Part shown: positions 12,394 through 25,887 of the stretch, one piece after another
Layout: each line of letters opens with the position of its first letter
How positions within the stretch are numbered: position 1 is the first letter of the stretch
Origin: the human T2T-CHM13v2.0 reference genome, Homo sapiens
Strand: one strand, 5' to 3'
Assembly: GCF_009914755.1 (NCBI RefSeq)
Contig: NC_060938.1
Length of the DNA: 64,000 nt
Notes under the pieces: model-generated
What the model was told of the DNA's origin: nothing
The model's database searches: none
The model's input: the letters and a program-made list of their open reading frames with translations, nothing else
Program-made: the position numbers and the translations under genes

Positions 12394-13069
12394 ATCAGTT
12401 AAGACATAACCAACTGATAGAATCATGTATAGAATCTTGAGAAATTTATGTTTTTTTTCTCAAATCAGGACATCAAATGCCTGGGAATTTAAGGTTTTTT
12501 TTTTTTTTTTTTTTCATAAGATCTAGTAGCCAACCAGTTAAGGACAGAGCCAGTACTGCAAGGCTTAGCATATCATTCTTTTTCCCATCTGTAAAATGGT
12601 CTTTTAATATTAATGCCTTAATAAATTGAGGTGTTTAATTTACTTTGGATGTATTGGAGGAAACCAAGAAGAAAAGGCCTCTTTCTCTTCACATGCTTGC
12701 TCCAAGACTCAAAGAATAGAACTCGTGAGGCTTCAGATAGAGCCAGGCAATTCCCTTAGGTATGGACTTCTTTCCCTATCCATTAACAGATTACAGAGAA
12801 TTTTCCTAGAGGAATTCTTGCCACTCCTCATGAGCCTTACATGTGATACTCAGTTTGCTATTGTTAATAACAAACAGCATTTCGGGAAAATTTAGTTTTT
12901 CTTAGTCACACAGGTGACTTCAATTTCTACAACCATTCTTGCCCCCTCTCTCTTTCATTCCTTTGCTATCAACTTTGGGGACTTTATCCTTATTGACAGT
13001 GGTAAATGGTCATCTGGATTCATGCTTCAAAGTTTGAATGGTATTTATATAGCTCATAACTTTTTTGCA

Positions 13070-13280
13070 GTAGCATTTTCCTATGTGATGCTGATTTACA
13101 TATGTCCTAGTTCATTTAATCTACACACAGCTCTAGGAGGTAGATATTATTATTATCTCCCTTTCATAGACAAGGAAATGAAGCTCAGAGAGTTATGCAA
13201 CTCACTAGAAATATCAGCACTGGTACTAGATATAGGATTTGAACATATGAGGTCTCATTCTGGGCCTGGATCTTATTGCT
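13070..13280 (-). mobile_element. MIR
   Basis: 'ttcatttaatctacacacagctctaggaggtagatattatta..cctttcatagacaaggaaatgaagctcagagag'. Confidence 0.85.
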
Positions 13281-15999
13281 GCCCAGTTAGTAAGAAAAAC
13301 ATATTGAGTGTCTGGTTTTCTGTCTGAGAGTCTAGGAAATGGGAACTGATAAGAGTGAGATATCATTGATTCAGCCGAATGGCAAGGATTTTGTAACAAG
13401 CTACAAATTAGGGTGATCCGGATACATTAAAGATAGGTCTGGAGGTGAGATTCTGTGATGTTTACATATTTACATAGGTATACATATTATGATTCAATGT
13501 TCCTGAGGAAGCTAAAAAGTAAATTCCAATTACCCAACTGGCTCCACTTTCCTCCCCATCATACTCCCAAGTGTGTGTGTGTGTGTGTGTTTATCCTGTA
13601 TATTAAAAATCCCAAATAATACAGGTCAGTCTGGAAGAGGTTTCAGAACATGCTTGCTTTGATAGATTCAGAATCAAATCCCTCAATACATCTAACATTT
13701 CTACTAATAGAAATAGTGGAGGCAACCCTGTATTACCCATTGGTGGATCTTTCTAAATATAATTTTTCTTCTGTTTGATTGGAACGATTTTACAAACATG
13801 TAAGTATGAATGACTCTTTGAAACATATTTCTTCTCTGAGTTGCATATACTTATGAAAGAATACTCGAAGTGGATTAAAATTCTAACTGGAATGTTTACA
13901 TTCTAACATGTACAGCAATAAAGTCTACAGTAAAGATTATCACATTCTTCTCTTGCTCATGTTACCAGAGATAGAGCTGAAAATATCATAGTGATATATG
14001 CTTTTGGTGTTAGGAAATCAACAATCTTTGAAAATTTTGTATTCCAGAATAAAATAAAAAACCTTCAAAGGCCTAACAGGTGGCATACCATTTCTCTTTG
14101 ATTCTGAAAAGCTACACACCACACACACTCACACACACAAACTCACATAGGCGCATGAAAGAAAAAGACCAAAAGATTATCTGCCTTTGTCTTGTTATGC
14201 CTAAAATATTCCACTAGAGGACAGTGCAGCTATTGTCATTCAGCCATGCCAAGTTTTGATCAAATTTCCTGATGCTTTTGCAGAATATAGAAAGCATACA
14301 TTCATTTAAAATAAACTGCAGGCATTTGTTTTAAAAGCACTTTAGCTTGTACCTGATGGTTAATAGATCTGAATTGCTTGGAGCCCTGATGCACACAGAG
14401 TAGAGAACATAATGAATTTAGCAGATTTTTTAAAGAAGGGAGAGGTTGGGGAAGAAGACAAATATGAGCTAATTTTTTTCATTTGCCTTGATACCTTAAG
14501 GGAAAAAAAAAGCAGAAATAATGCACAATCATTATGAACAAGCTGGTAGATATAAGTATTAGTTTACATTTAAATGAAAATAGCTTATAGAGAGGGAGAA
14601 TGGATATGACTCAAATAGTTTCCAGCATCTTGTTTGAAATGCAAAAGAGCAGTTTATATTTATATTAATTTAGGTGGATGCCTCTGGTTTTCTTGGGACT
14701 TCTCAACAAATTATTTCTATTTATCTTGGAAATGGGAATTCGGAACATGATCTGGAGGCTATGCAAAGACTTCTTGAACTTGAGACCTAGAAGATTTGAT
14801 ACCAACTCAGGAAAAAAAAGAGCCTGGGTTACTTGAACACCCTTCACAAAGGAGAAGCGGGCAGAGGGGACCCAAGAAATATGTTAGGGTGTCATTTCTT
14901 TTCATTGGCAAAATTTAAAAGAATAAACTTATAAACATAAGGCACCAGAAATAAAAACATCCTCTCGTTCTGTTTCCTGCAGTGACAAAAGATATATATT
15001 CTAGATGGTAGAGAGAGCTGCCTTGGAGATAAATTGTCTGATTTCAGCATCTCAGCGGTGGATAATAGATTCCCCTCAGAACCACATAATTAAAAAATGA
15101 CATTTCTGCTACTTTGTGCCAACTTGGTACCGCTGCTGCCCCTGGCTTCCGGGCCTGGGAGCCCTGCAGGGTACAACCAAACAAATTTTGCATTATTCAG
15201 TGGGACAATGTAAGGTCATGTTAACAAAAAAAGTTCCTTCTGGGGGGACCGGAGGACTTTAGTATTTTCTTCTCCACAAATTCCTCTTTCTGCTTTTCTT
15301 CTTTTTTTCTTTTTCAACTCTGCCAACATGAAAAAGATATGAACGATGAGATTAGGACATCCACTTATTACAAGTTGGCCAGATGAAAGAGAGCATATGT
15401 GTGTAGCAGAATAAATTAAAGCGTCTAATTTTAGCACCTTTTTTTCCTCCAAGCAGATATTCAGAATCAGCCAAAGATGAGGCAAATGCTGTGAGAAAAA
15501 ATATGTAAATCAAAGTGCTAAATCCATATCCTTAGACATCTTTAGGACGAAATGGTTAATCCTCATGTGGATCCTGGCCACCCCCCCGCCCCCACATCTC
15601 TCCAGGAGTTTCCTGAAAGGCAGTTGACTGCAGTCTGAACAACTGTTCTTTATGGGTCTCTCAGTTCACTATGTATCTCAAAAAAAGTGCATGTGCTAGA
15701 CAAGCCTCCAATTAACAGTTACTAAAGTGTAAATGGATTTCCAAATGTCACATAGCTGGTAATTAGTGAAACCAGGACTAGCAATGGATTTTTGATTCCT
15801 CTTTGAAGTGTTTTAGTAACAGCCAGTATTCTGCAGGTGTCTTTAGTTCAAATAATGAAAGTACACTAAGAATATTCCTTTTTCTTAAAGGAAATAGAAG
15901 AAAATATAAGACTCTTTAAAAAACTACAATTCAATGAATTTAAATTTTGTGATTTCAACCATCAATTAGGATTTTGATTTTAGGTTCACAATGTATTAT

Positions 16000-18432
16000 T
16001 ATGAAAATACATATGAACCAGGTTATTCATTTCAGCATTGTTAGTCATTGTAAAATATTGGATACAAACTAAATATCCATAATATAAGTTGGCCTGGAGC
16101 GGTGGCTCACGCCTGTAATCCCAGCACTTTGGGAGGCCGAGGAGGGTGGATCACGAGGTCAGGAGATCAAGACCATCCTGGCTAACGTGGTGAAACCCCA
16201 TCTCTACTAAAAATACAAAAAATTAGCTGGGCGCGGTGGCAGGCGCCTGTAGTCCCAGCTACTCAGGAGGCTGAGGCAGGAGAATGGCGTGAACCAGGGA
16301 GGCAGAGCTTGCAGTGAGTGGAGATCGAGCCACTGCACTCTAGCCTGGGCAACAGAGCCAAACTCTGTCTTGGAAAAAAAAAAAAAAGAAGTAGATTTCT
16401 ATGAACTAATGTTGGATAATTCCCAGAATATATTGCTAAGCCAAAAAAAAAAAAAAAAAAAAAAACCCAAGAGCAACAGAGTTTTCTATAATATGTTTCA
16501 TGTAGGAAAGTTAGGAATGTAAGAAAATATACATGTATATTTTTATTTATGGAGAAAAAAATACAGGTATGATAACCAGAAACTATTAAGATCAATTACT
16601 AACAGGGAGATGGTGAAAACAGAGTGAAGAGGATGAAACAATAGAAGTGGAGTGGAGTGGCACAGATGAGAAGACAGTGACACTGTTTGGAATATACTTT
16701 TTGAATTGACATGAAACTAAGTTTGTAGTATTGTTTCGCCTACCCAAAATATAGATTAAAAATTTAAAATCCCTCAGGAAGTGAGGGAAACCCAACATGG
16801 AATACAAGCAGTAAAGAGTAACCGAACTGTATTACAAATGAGTAACATACTCCCACTTAAGAGGGTGAAAAAGTAAAGTACCTATTTAAGGAACTTTGGA
16901 AGGCAGTATTGCAATGTAAAATTAAAGGTTAAGGTAAAAAAGAAAACAAGAGATATTGTACTCTAGTTAGCAACATTGCTTTTCGCAAATGTAGGCATTA
17001 CAAAATCTGAAAATGCTTTTTTTTTGTATACTAGAATTGAACAAATACTCAAATATATTGTGGATAATGTGATCCAAGTTTCTGTATGTTAGATAAAGAA
17101 GTAACAATGTGGAAAGGAGAAAAGTTAGAATGAACTCTATGGTGCTGGATTGGAATTTATATCACATAAAGTCATGGATTTTGCATATGTCCATAGATAA
17201 ATGGTAGAGAAATAAATATTGATGTGTGCATGGATACATTAATATATATCTGTAAAAGTGTGTATGGATGCATATTATATATAACAATATCACAATATTG
17301 TTGCCCAAGTAGCAATAAGCACACTTAATAACCAGGTCTTGATTTCTAAATGCTATTTTTTTAAAAGGATGGGATCTTTTATGAAGAAATGGATTGGGAA
17401 GAAAAACATAAGATAAGGTTGGAACCTCTTCTGGTGCAAGAAGGTAAAGAAGTGTTCAAATGATGATGGAGGCATTTAAAAGGGACACAGGAACCAACTT
17501 AAGATTTCAATAATCTCAACTGGAAGAATTTGAAGTAACAACATAAATCATGATAGTATTGGAATATGAACCATAAAATAAATACTTATGAGTCTGTGCT
17601 GATAGGAATAAACAACTGAATAAATAAGTAAATGGTGGGGAAGAAGCAACAGCTCTTCCTTATAATACAATCACAATTAAGCAATGTGGAAAGAATGACA
17701 GAAACAGATAATTACCCTTGGGCATGCATCATGGTATAATAGTTGCAGGCAAGAATCATTCATGGAAACTAAATGTATTGAGGAAAAGTATAATGGAGCA
17801 CAGGTTATTTGCATAGTCAAGATATAACTCCCTGCAAGATTCCTATTAATTACAAAAGGAAAACCAATAGCTTTTCAGTGGAGAAACTTGGCAGACACAA
17901 AAGTGATGAATTAATTAGAGTTAACATCACCAGTTTTAAGATATATTGACATGACATTCCTCCTGATATAATGCAATAAAAAGGGTAAAACATTATTTTA
18001 GTGGCATTTTTGAAAAAAAAAACACAAAAATCTCCATGTAATCATGATAAAATGTCATACAAACACAAAAGGAATGAATGACATTATGCAAAATACCTGA
18101 CTGTTATCAAAAGTGCTAAGGTTATGAAAGACAAAGAAAATGATAGAAAGACTCTTATAGACTGGAGGAAACTAAAAAAAATATGACTATTAAATGCGAT
18201 ATGTGATCCAGGTTGATACAGAGAAAGAACACTAGTGTGAAGACACAGGAAATTCAAATCAGGCTTCTAGCTTAGTCAATGAAAGTATATCAATGTTAAT
18301 TCTCTGGTTTTGATAATGTACCATGTTTCTGTAATCTCTTTAGAGGAATCTGGGTAAATGATATACTGGAACTCTATTATCTTGCAATATTTCTATACAT
18401 CTAAATTACTTCAAGATAAAATTTTTTAAAAA
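16000..18432 (+). mobile_element. L1MC/L1ME-type long 3' end, interrupted by AluY
   Basis: 'ttattcatttcagcattgttagtca..aaactaaatatcc', 'agttaacatcaccag', 'tatatcaatgttaattctctggttttgataatgtacc', terminal 'ctaaattacttcaagataaaa'. Confidence 0.8.
16091..16388 (+). mobile_element. AluY
   Basis: Y diagnostics 'gatcacgaggtcaggagatc..accatcctggctaac', 'gagaatggcgtgaacc', 'gagcttgcagtgag'; poly-A tail; no TSD seen. Confidence 0.95.
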
Positions 18433-19425
18433 TGATGAAAATACTAAAGAATTCAGGCACTTTAATATTTAGTGCTTATTTTAAAAAGGGAAAAGGAAAA
18501 AAGAACAAAATGCTTTAGGCTGAAGGTGATGACAGACTTTTAACATATGTCTGGAAAAATAATCTAATTTCCAGTAATAATAATGATTATCTAATTTAAT
18601 AACTATTCAACTGGTATATTGGAATGCATGTATTATGTCAACTTTATGAGATAGTTATTATTGTTCTTCTCATTTTAAAGAGGTGTCAACTAGCAATTAG
18701 GAGGGACTAAGTCATCTCCCCAAAGCACAGAGTCCAAGTTTGTTCTCTATTTACAAAGTAAATTTTTATTTATGGAGTACTTAATAAGATTTTATTTTGC
18801 ATACATTATGTTTAAGCCTTGTAATATGCAAAATGAACTAATAGTCTTACTTAAGAATTAGAGAAATAAATTCTGAAAGAGGCTATATATTAACAGGGAA
18901 TTTATATGAACATGTTTATGATTCTACTTCTGCTCTATACAGAAATATCTTATTTACTAACTTATTTACTAATTCACCTTAGGCCACAGAACTGATTCAA
19001 AAATTCATATTCTCTCCCTATGTATCACATTGAATCTATAGCTAAAAGGGCCTAATAGAAACTTTATCATGTCTTCCTTATTAAAGTGAAAACATAAATA
19101 GTATATTTCTATATAGTCATGATTAAGTGAATAGGTTTTAAAAAATTTCCGCAAAGTAAATAGAAGTAGATAGTATTATTGCAAATAGGATGGAAGAAAC
19201 ACAGACGCAGGCACACACACATGACTAAACCAACATACCTAAACAAATATTGAAAACTCAACACTTTTACTCTTTATTTCCTTACCTATAAATTCCTTTC
19301 CATAGTATTTGGCTGGCATATGGTCTAGTGACAAGCAAGGTGCTGGCCATAATTCAATAGCTAAGTTATATAACAAGGCTAAGCTTGAGCCTTGAGCTCT
19401 GGTTTGGAGAGTCAATCTCCTCTGT

Positions 19426-19501
19426 TTTTTTTATTTTATTATTTTATTATTTTTATTTATTTATTTGTGTGTGTGTGTGTGTCTTTGTGTGTGTGTGTGT
19501 G
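19426..19501. repeat. (TTTA)n + (TG)n compound microsatellite
   Basis: Directly visible. Confidence 0.9.
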
Positions 19502-20329
19502 GTAAACTTGCATGGCTATTTGGATAAAAATGTATTTGTGAGAAGCACTGAGGAGCAAATTATCGCAAGGAAAAAAGAGAGCATATAAAAAAGCTTGGGA
19601 AAGATCAGAGCCTTGATTGTCAGAGTGAAAGGGGATTTGGAGTAGAATGTTGTATTTAATTATTCCTAGTTATGCCCCAAAGAAAAGGGCATCCCACATA
19701 GAACCAGGTCTGGCAGGATTCATGGGAGAATACAACATTAGAAAAAAGATTTATAAATTGTTTTGATTCTGAAGTAAGAAACAATAGGAAAGGGAAAGAG
19801 AATGAGACACCTTCTCCTGACATCTGACATTCACAAACCACTCTGTGTGTGTTCCCCTGAGGCTCAGAACATACTGAGAATGTTCATGTATATTTGTTTC
19901 CAGGGTTTTGAGAACACCTGGATATGCCTCATGGAAAGTCTTCGATGCAGGTGCTAGAGGTGCTGTGTAGAATCTTTCACAAGGTTGAGAACTGTGGAAA
20001 CCTCTTTAAGAAACACGACCTAAGGCTATCAGAGGAAGAGAGGCAGGAAGTAAGGATTAGTATTTGATAGAGGCAACAAAATCTTCCCATATGTGGGTAA
20101 CATAATCTGTAGAGACAAAAAAAACAAAAATTGAGTAAAATTTTAGAGAAGAGTTTCTGTGAAAGAGTACACTAACTGGTTTACAGAATGGCTGCAAAAA
20201 TATCTAAGTGCTTGAACCAAAAGTAATTTCTAAGGTCAGTTCTAAGAAAAGTAGTTTTGCCAAGAATCTCTTCTTCATCTTTTCATTCAGGTCCTAAATA
20301 TTACTGAGGATCTCTCATCTTCTAGGTGA

Positions 20330-21020
20330 AGCTCACAAAATTGCCCTGGAGGTTGCTGCCTTCCTGGAAGCCAGAGTGAAAAAAAAAAAGAGGACATGCA
20401 GTTGCACATGGGAGGATTTTGTGGGCCATGGTTATCAGGGCACAATCCCTTAGCTCACCTTTCTCTGGTGAGAAAACACTTCCAGTGCCACACCTCAGTC
20501 TCCTCCCTCTGGTGAAAAAAACACTTCCAGTGCCACACCTCAGCCTCCTTCCTCTGGTGAAAAAACAGTTCCAGTGCCATACCTCAGCCTTTCCTCTGGT
20601 AAAAAACACTTCCAGTGCCACACCTCAGCCTCCCTCCTCTGGTGAAAAAACACTTCCAGTGCTACACCTCAGCCTCCTTCCTCTGGTGAAAAAATACTTC
20701 CAGAGCCACACCTTACCCTCCTTCCTCTGGTGAGAAACTACTTCCAGTGCCACACCTCAGCCTCCTTCCTCTGGTGACAAAACACTTCCAGTGCCACAAC
20801 TCAGCCTCCTTCGACTGGTGAGAAAACACTTCCAGTGCCACACCTCAGCCTCCTTCCTCTGCTGAGAAAACACTTCCAGTGCCACAGCTCAGCCTCCTTC
20901 CTCTGGTCACAAAACACTTCCAGTACTACACATCACTGCTGGAGAACTGGAGAGTGGAGTCTTCCAGCCCAAGAAGAAAGAAATATAGGATTTTGTCAAG
21001 TACCAGAAGTTTCTGCCACA
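20330..21020. mobile_element. Ancient MLT1 (J/K-like) LTR hosting a minisatellite
   Basis: 'gcacatgggaggattttgtgggcca..ccttagctcacc' on the left and 'ctgctggagaactggagagtggagtct..cccaagaagaaaga..ctgccaca' on the right match recalled MLT1J/K order. Confidence 0.6.
20448..20936 (+). repeat. 44-bp minisatellite/VNTR, about 11 copies
   Basis: Unit CTCTGGTGAAAAAACACTTCCAGTGCCACACCTCAGCCTCCTTC starts at 20463, 20507, 20552, 20594, 20637, 20681, 20725, 20769, 20813, 20857, 20901. Confidence 0.98.
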
Positions 21021-21234
21021 CTCAGTGGGCATTCTTTGAGTTAGTTTTTTTAGTATATTTCACTAAAAACTGTGAGAGAGGAACCCTTAATATAGGTCCT
21101 GCAAAAAACAAGTATTCAATAAATCCTGTTGAATCAATAAATGAATCACCTCTTCCAAAATAAGCTTAATTGTTTAAGTTACTAGCAAAATGCCTAAATG
21201 AAAATTAACCATTCTATAGAGACATTATTGAGTT

Positions 21235-21405
21235 AGTTCATTCAGCCATTCAATAAATGTATTCAGTGTATGTTTATAGAATAACTATAATTTACCAACT
21301 GTTTTAGGCATGGGGGGTACAGCAGTGAATAAAATCATCCAACTACCTATTCTAACAGAGATTAAATTCTAGTGGTACAAGCAGCAGACGAACAAATGAA
21401 TAATT
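21235..21405 (-). mobile_element. L2 3' fragment
   Basis: 'cattcaataaatgtatt..ctgttttaggcatggggg.tacagcagtgaataaaa..ttctagtgg'. Confidence 0.75.
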
Positions 21406-21457
21406 TCATATATTCATCCATGCAATAATATTGAAAATTTTATTTTCAATAAATAAT

Positions 21458-21931
21458 CAGTGGTCCTCAACCTTTTCGGCATCAGGGAACAATTTTGTGG
21501 AAAACAATTTTTCTACAAACGGGTGGGAGAATGGTTTCAGGATGATTCAAGCACATTACCTTTATTGTGCACTTTATTTCTATTATTACTGCATTGTAAT
21601 ATATAATGAAATAATTATACAACTCATCATAATGTAGAATCAGTGGGAGCCCTGAGCTTGTTTTCCTGCAACTAGACAGTTCCATCTGGGGGGAATGAGA
21701 GACAGTGACAGATCATCAGGTATTAGATTCTCATAAGGAGCATGCAACCTAGATCCTTTGCATGTGCAGTTCACAACAGGATTCATGCTTCTGTGAGAAT
21801 CTAATGCCACCACTGATCTGACAAGAGGTGGAGCTCAGGAGGCAAAGCTCACTCACCTCCTGCTGGGCTACTTGGTTCCTAACAGGCCATGGACCAGTAC
21901 TGGTCCATGACCTGAGGGTTGGGGACCACTG
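21458..21931 (+). mobile_element. MER1A (hAT-Charlie) DNA transposon
   Basis: TIRs cagtggtcctcaacc / ggttggggaccactg; internal 'cattagattctcataaggag..caacctagatcc'-type core. Confidence 0.92.
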
Positions 21932-22904
21932 ACTTAGATTCTAGTGGAAAAAGATGGGCTGTAAACAAACTATGTAAGAAAATAATACAAGCATATTAGT
22001 GGGCCAGCTGTAGCATGGTGGGAAAACAGGGGCATGAGGAAATGAACAAGCCCATTTTACCAGCTGGGGTCAGGAATAATAATGATGTGGAGTCCCTTGA
22101 GTATGGGGGAGCTACAGAAAGCAGAAACTGAACCAGGCTCTGGCCAGGGGACCCATGTGCTGCGGCAGTGCTAGGAACCTGCACAACTCAGCCCATAGCC
22201 CAGTTGAATTAGCCCATGCTGGCACCCACATCTTGCTTGGGCACTGTCTCACGGTTTGACACTGGAGATGGGTATGAAGCCCTCTACTGGATTAATAAAA
22301 CAAATAATACCTTTGTTCACAAGATGATCTTAAGAAGAACAGCAGATGAGGACCCTGTAAAATTTTATTTTCCAGCAGAGAGGGTACAGAAGCTGATTTT
22401 GTGATTGATTGGAATGGGACAGCAGTGAGGAGCCACCATTTTGCTCACAGATGAAAGATCACCCATTGTAAGAGGCTGCCTGAAGAGAAAACAAGGTGTG
22501 TGTGGGTAGGGAGGTCTGGGTACTTGGGATAGTGGCCCAGTTAATGGTGTCCATTTTTTTTCTCTTTGGTGAGGTGAAGAACTTCATAAAAGAAAAGAAA
22601 AGAAACATCTGCATTAGAGGGAATCTAGCAACTATGGGATATGCAGGGGAGAATAAAACTGGGAGGCATCTAAACTTTGGCTTAGATTCCCAGGCCTTTC
22701 CAACCCAGGCAGCCATCAGCCTACCCAGGAGGTTGAGAATGAGGACCTGAATCTAGACTAGTTCACTGCTGATATTTTCTACCTGAATATAAGTGCCACA
22801 AAACTACCTTTATTGTAAAAGGCTATGGTAGCAGCCTGTAGATCTATTCCCTTCTCCCCATTCCTCTATGACACCAGCCACCTTACACCTATTTTATGGA
22901 AGTA

Positions 22905-23330
22905 TTGGGTGAGATAGTCCCTATCTTGCCAGTATGCCAAGAATGCAAGGGCTTAACTGCTTTTTATCTGGGCCATTTCTCATGAGTTTGCAGAGAGAAT
23001 AGTGAAAGATGAGATACTGTTTCCTTCAAGGACAAAGAGCAACCTTGCCTACTTGCAAGCTACAAAAGGAGTAGATTATGCAAAGCCGGTATTGTTCAGC
23101 AGCAATGAAAATCCACTTCAAGTGTATCATCCATCCTGGCCCCCTAACATTATAGGACTGGAAGGCAAGGGAAAACCATGCTAATATATTGATGCTAATA
23201 CTGTTTGTGGTGTCATAGTAATAGTCTTTTATCTCTGACCCAAGAGTTTTGTGTCTTCTGATAACATCCATTAAAGAGTACAAGCTAATTTCTTTGCTTA
23301 TAAGTGGGGTAAAAGCAAACCCCAGGCCTG
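22905..23330 (+). mobile_element. LTR40-like ERVL solo LTR
   Basis: 'gtaatagtcttttatctctgacccaagagttttgtgtcttctg..catccat..gctaatttc..gcttataagtggggtaaaa' matches recalled LTR40 3' part. Confidence 0.65.
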
Positions 23331-23344
23331 TTAGGAACTCAGCA

Positions 23345-23560
23345 GTTGGTGTTTACTTTGGTCGAGTTGTGTTTGAGAGCTGTTTATTAAACATTCAAGT
23401 GAAGATGTCTAGTACATCTCGGGGTTGCAGTTCTGGAGTTGAAGGGAAAGGTCCATGCTATAGAAAACACTGGAAAGTCATCAGGATAAATACAGCATTC
23501 GAAATGAGTTCAGCAAGGGTGTGAACTATTTAGATAAGGACTGAGACCTGAGACAATGTT
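23345..23560 (-). mobile_element. L2 fragment
   Basis: 'tttggtcgagttgtgtttgaga..cattcaagtgaagatgtc..ggagttgaagggaaagg'. Confidence 0.6.
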
Positions 23561-23601
23561 GATATGATAGCAAATACCAGTAAATGCAATGGAGTGTTTA
23601 G

Positions 23602-24475
<874 letters not shown>

Positions 24476-25887
24476 GGACGTGTTGTAGAATATTTGGCTT
24501 CTTAATCCATCTGAGCTACTATTCACTTATTTGAAAAATTATATCAATTTTATGGTTTTGTGAGATTAATTAACCTTATTTTTAAATACTATTGAAACAT
24601 AGTAGGCCCTCAGTAAGTGAAAAATTTAATCATTTAGTATTTGAAGACTATATGAGAAAAATACACTGAACAAAATCCGTCATCTATTGCAAAGGAGAAT
24701 TCTCTCTGCTTAGGAAGAAAAATGAATGGGTTAGTCTCATCTACCAGTGAATAAAGAGTGTATAGTGAAAAAAGACTTATAGACAGACTGAAACTTCAAA
24801 GACTGGGAGACTGGAAAAAAAAAACAAAATGAAGCTAAAGATACTCGAACCAAAGTGAGTAAAGATCCAAGCAACAAAGTAAAAAGAACATTGTACAAGG
24901 AGTGTCCATAAATCTAAGGAATGTTTTTGATTCAGAGGGAGCAAGAGATCAGCAAAGAAGAAGATAGGTAGTGAGAAATGACAAAGATTTTTCTTTGATA
25001 GAAGTAGCAGAGCTGTCATAAAATGAAAAATAATACTTGCTCTTCAGGATAATGAAAGAGAGTGATGAAGAAGAGATGCAGAAAACATGGACAAAACTTC
25101 CAGAAGAACTGTTAGTTGATAATGTTAAAAACTATCAATCCTGGGTCTAAATAACTGATTAAAAATTAAGCATTACATAACATTGACTGAACTCCCAGAA
25201 AACTCCAGAATTCATAAGAAAGAAGTCAAAATGTCTTAGTGAATAGTTTAGCTTCCTTACAAATCCAGATATAAAAGATGAGTTTTCCTTTGTAAGTAGG
25301 GAGTGCTTGGGGATAAAACTATATTAACATATAAGTATGTGTTTGTGTACATGTGCATATGCATACATACATAATGTGAAGATTACAATAAGCAAAGCAA
25401 TCCAAAAGACTGTTATTAAAGAATGGAAACAGGGCCCATGTACACATACTAAACACAAAGTAAACATTCAATCACAATAATAATTGAATGTTATAATCCT
25501 ATTATAATAGTTTACTTATAATTATTATAAATCATTACCTGAATGAATGCTATACATTAGTATGAATATCTGAACTATCCTCTAGAGCACATGTATTTGT
25601 TCAGGCTTAAATTCTGGGACCTTGACCTGAGCCCCATGATGAGCAATGAAAGTCCTCAAATAAAAGATTCAAAGGACAAGTTTATTGGAAAAATTCCATC
25701 ATAGAGTGAAACTTAAATCTCATATGAGATTTCAGAGTCAAGGGTCTTGGTAGTGTGGTGAAATTCAGCTGAAAAGAAGCACAGTGAAATGTTTTTATAA
25801 AAGGGGAAATAGAAAGAAGTCAAGAAGGGGAAGCCTGAAGACGTTTCCTTAGTCATGAAATAATTATATAGTCAGTAGAAAAACTGC

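Noticed and set aside
12626-13327. Adjacent ORFs of 89 and 137 aa suggesting a gene
   Set aside because: Non-ATG starts, no homology recognised, and the second half translates a MIR.
20448-20936. CRISPR-like array or repeat protein (ORFs 20322-20621, 20419-20733, 20835-21163)
   Set aside because: Units are contiguous with no unique spacers, there are no cas genes and the context is eukaryotic. The 44-bp unit is not a multiple of 3, so the ORFs shift frame and are artefacts.
21888-21909. Perfect 22-bp palindrome catggaccagtactggtccatg
   Set aside because: Corresponds to the subterminal palindrome of the MER1 consensus as I recall it; not novel.
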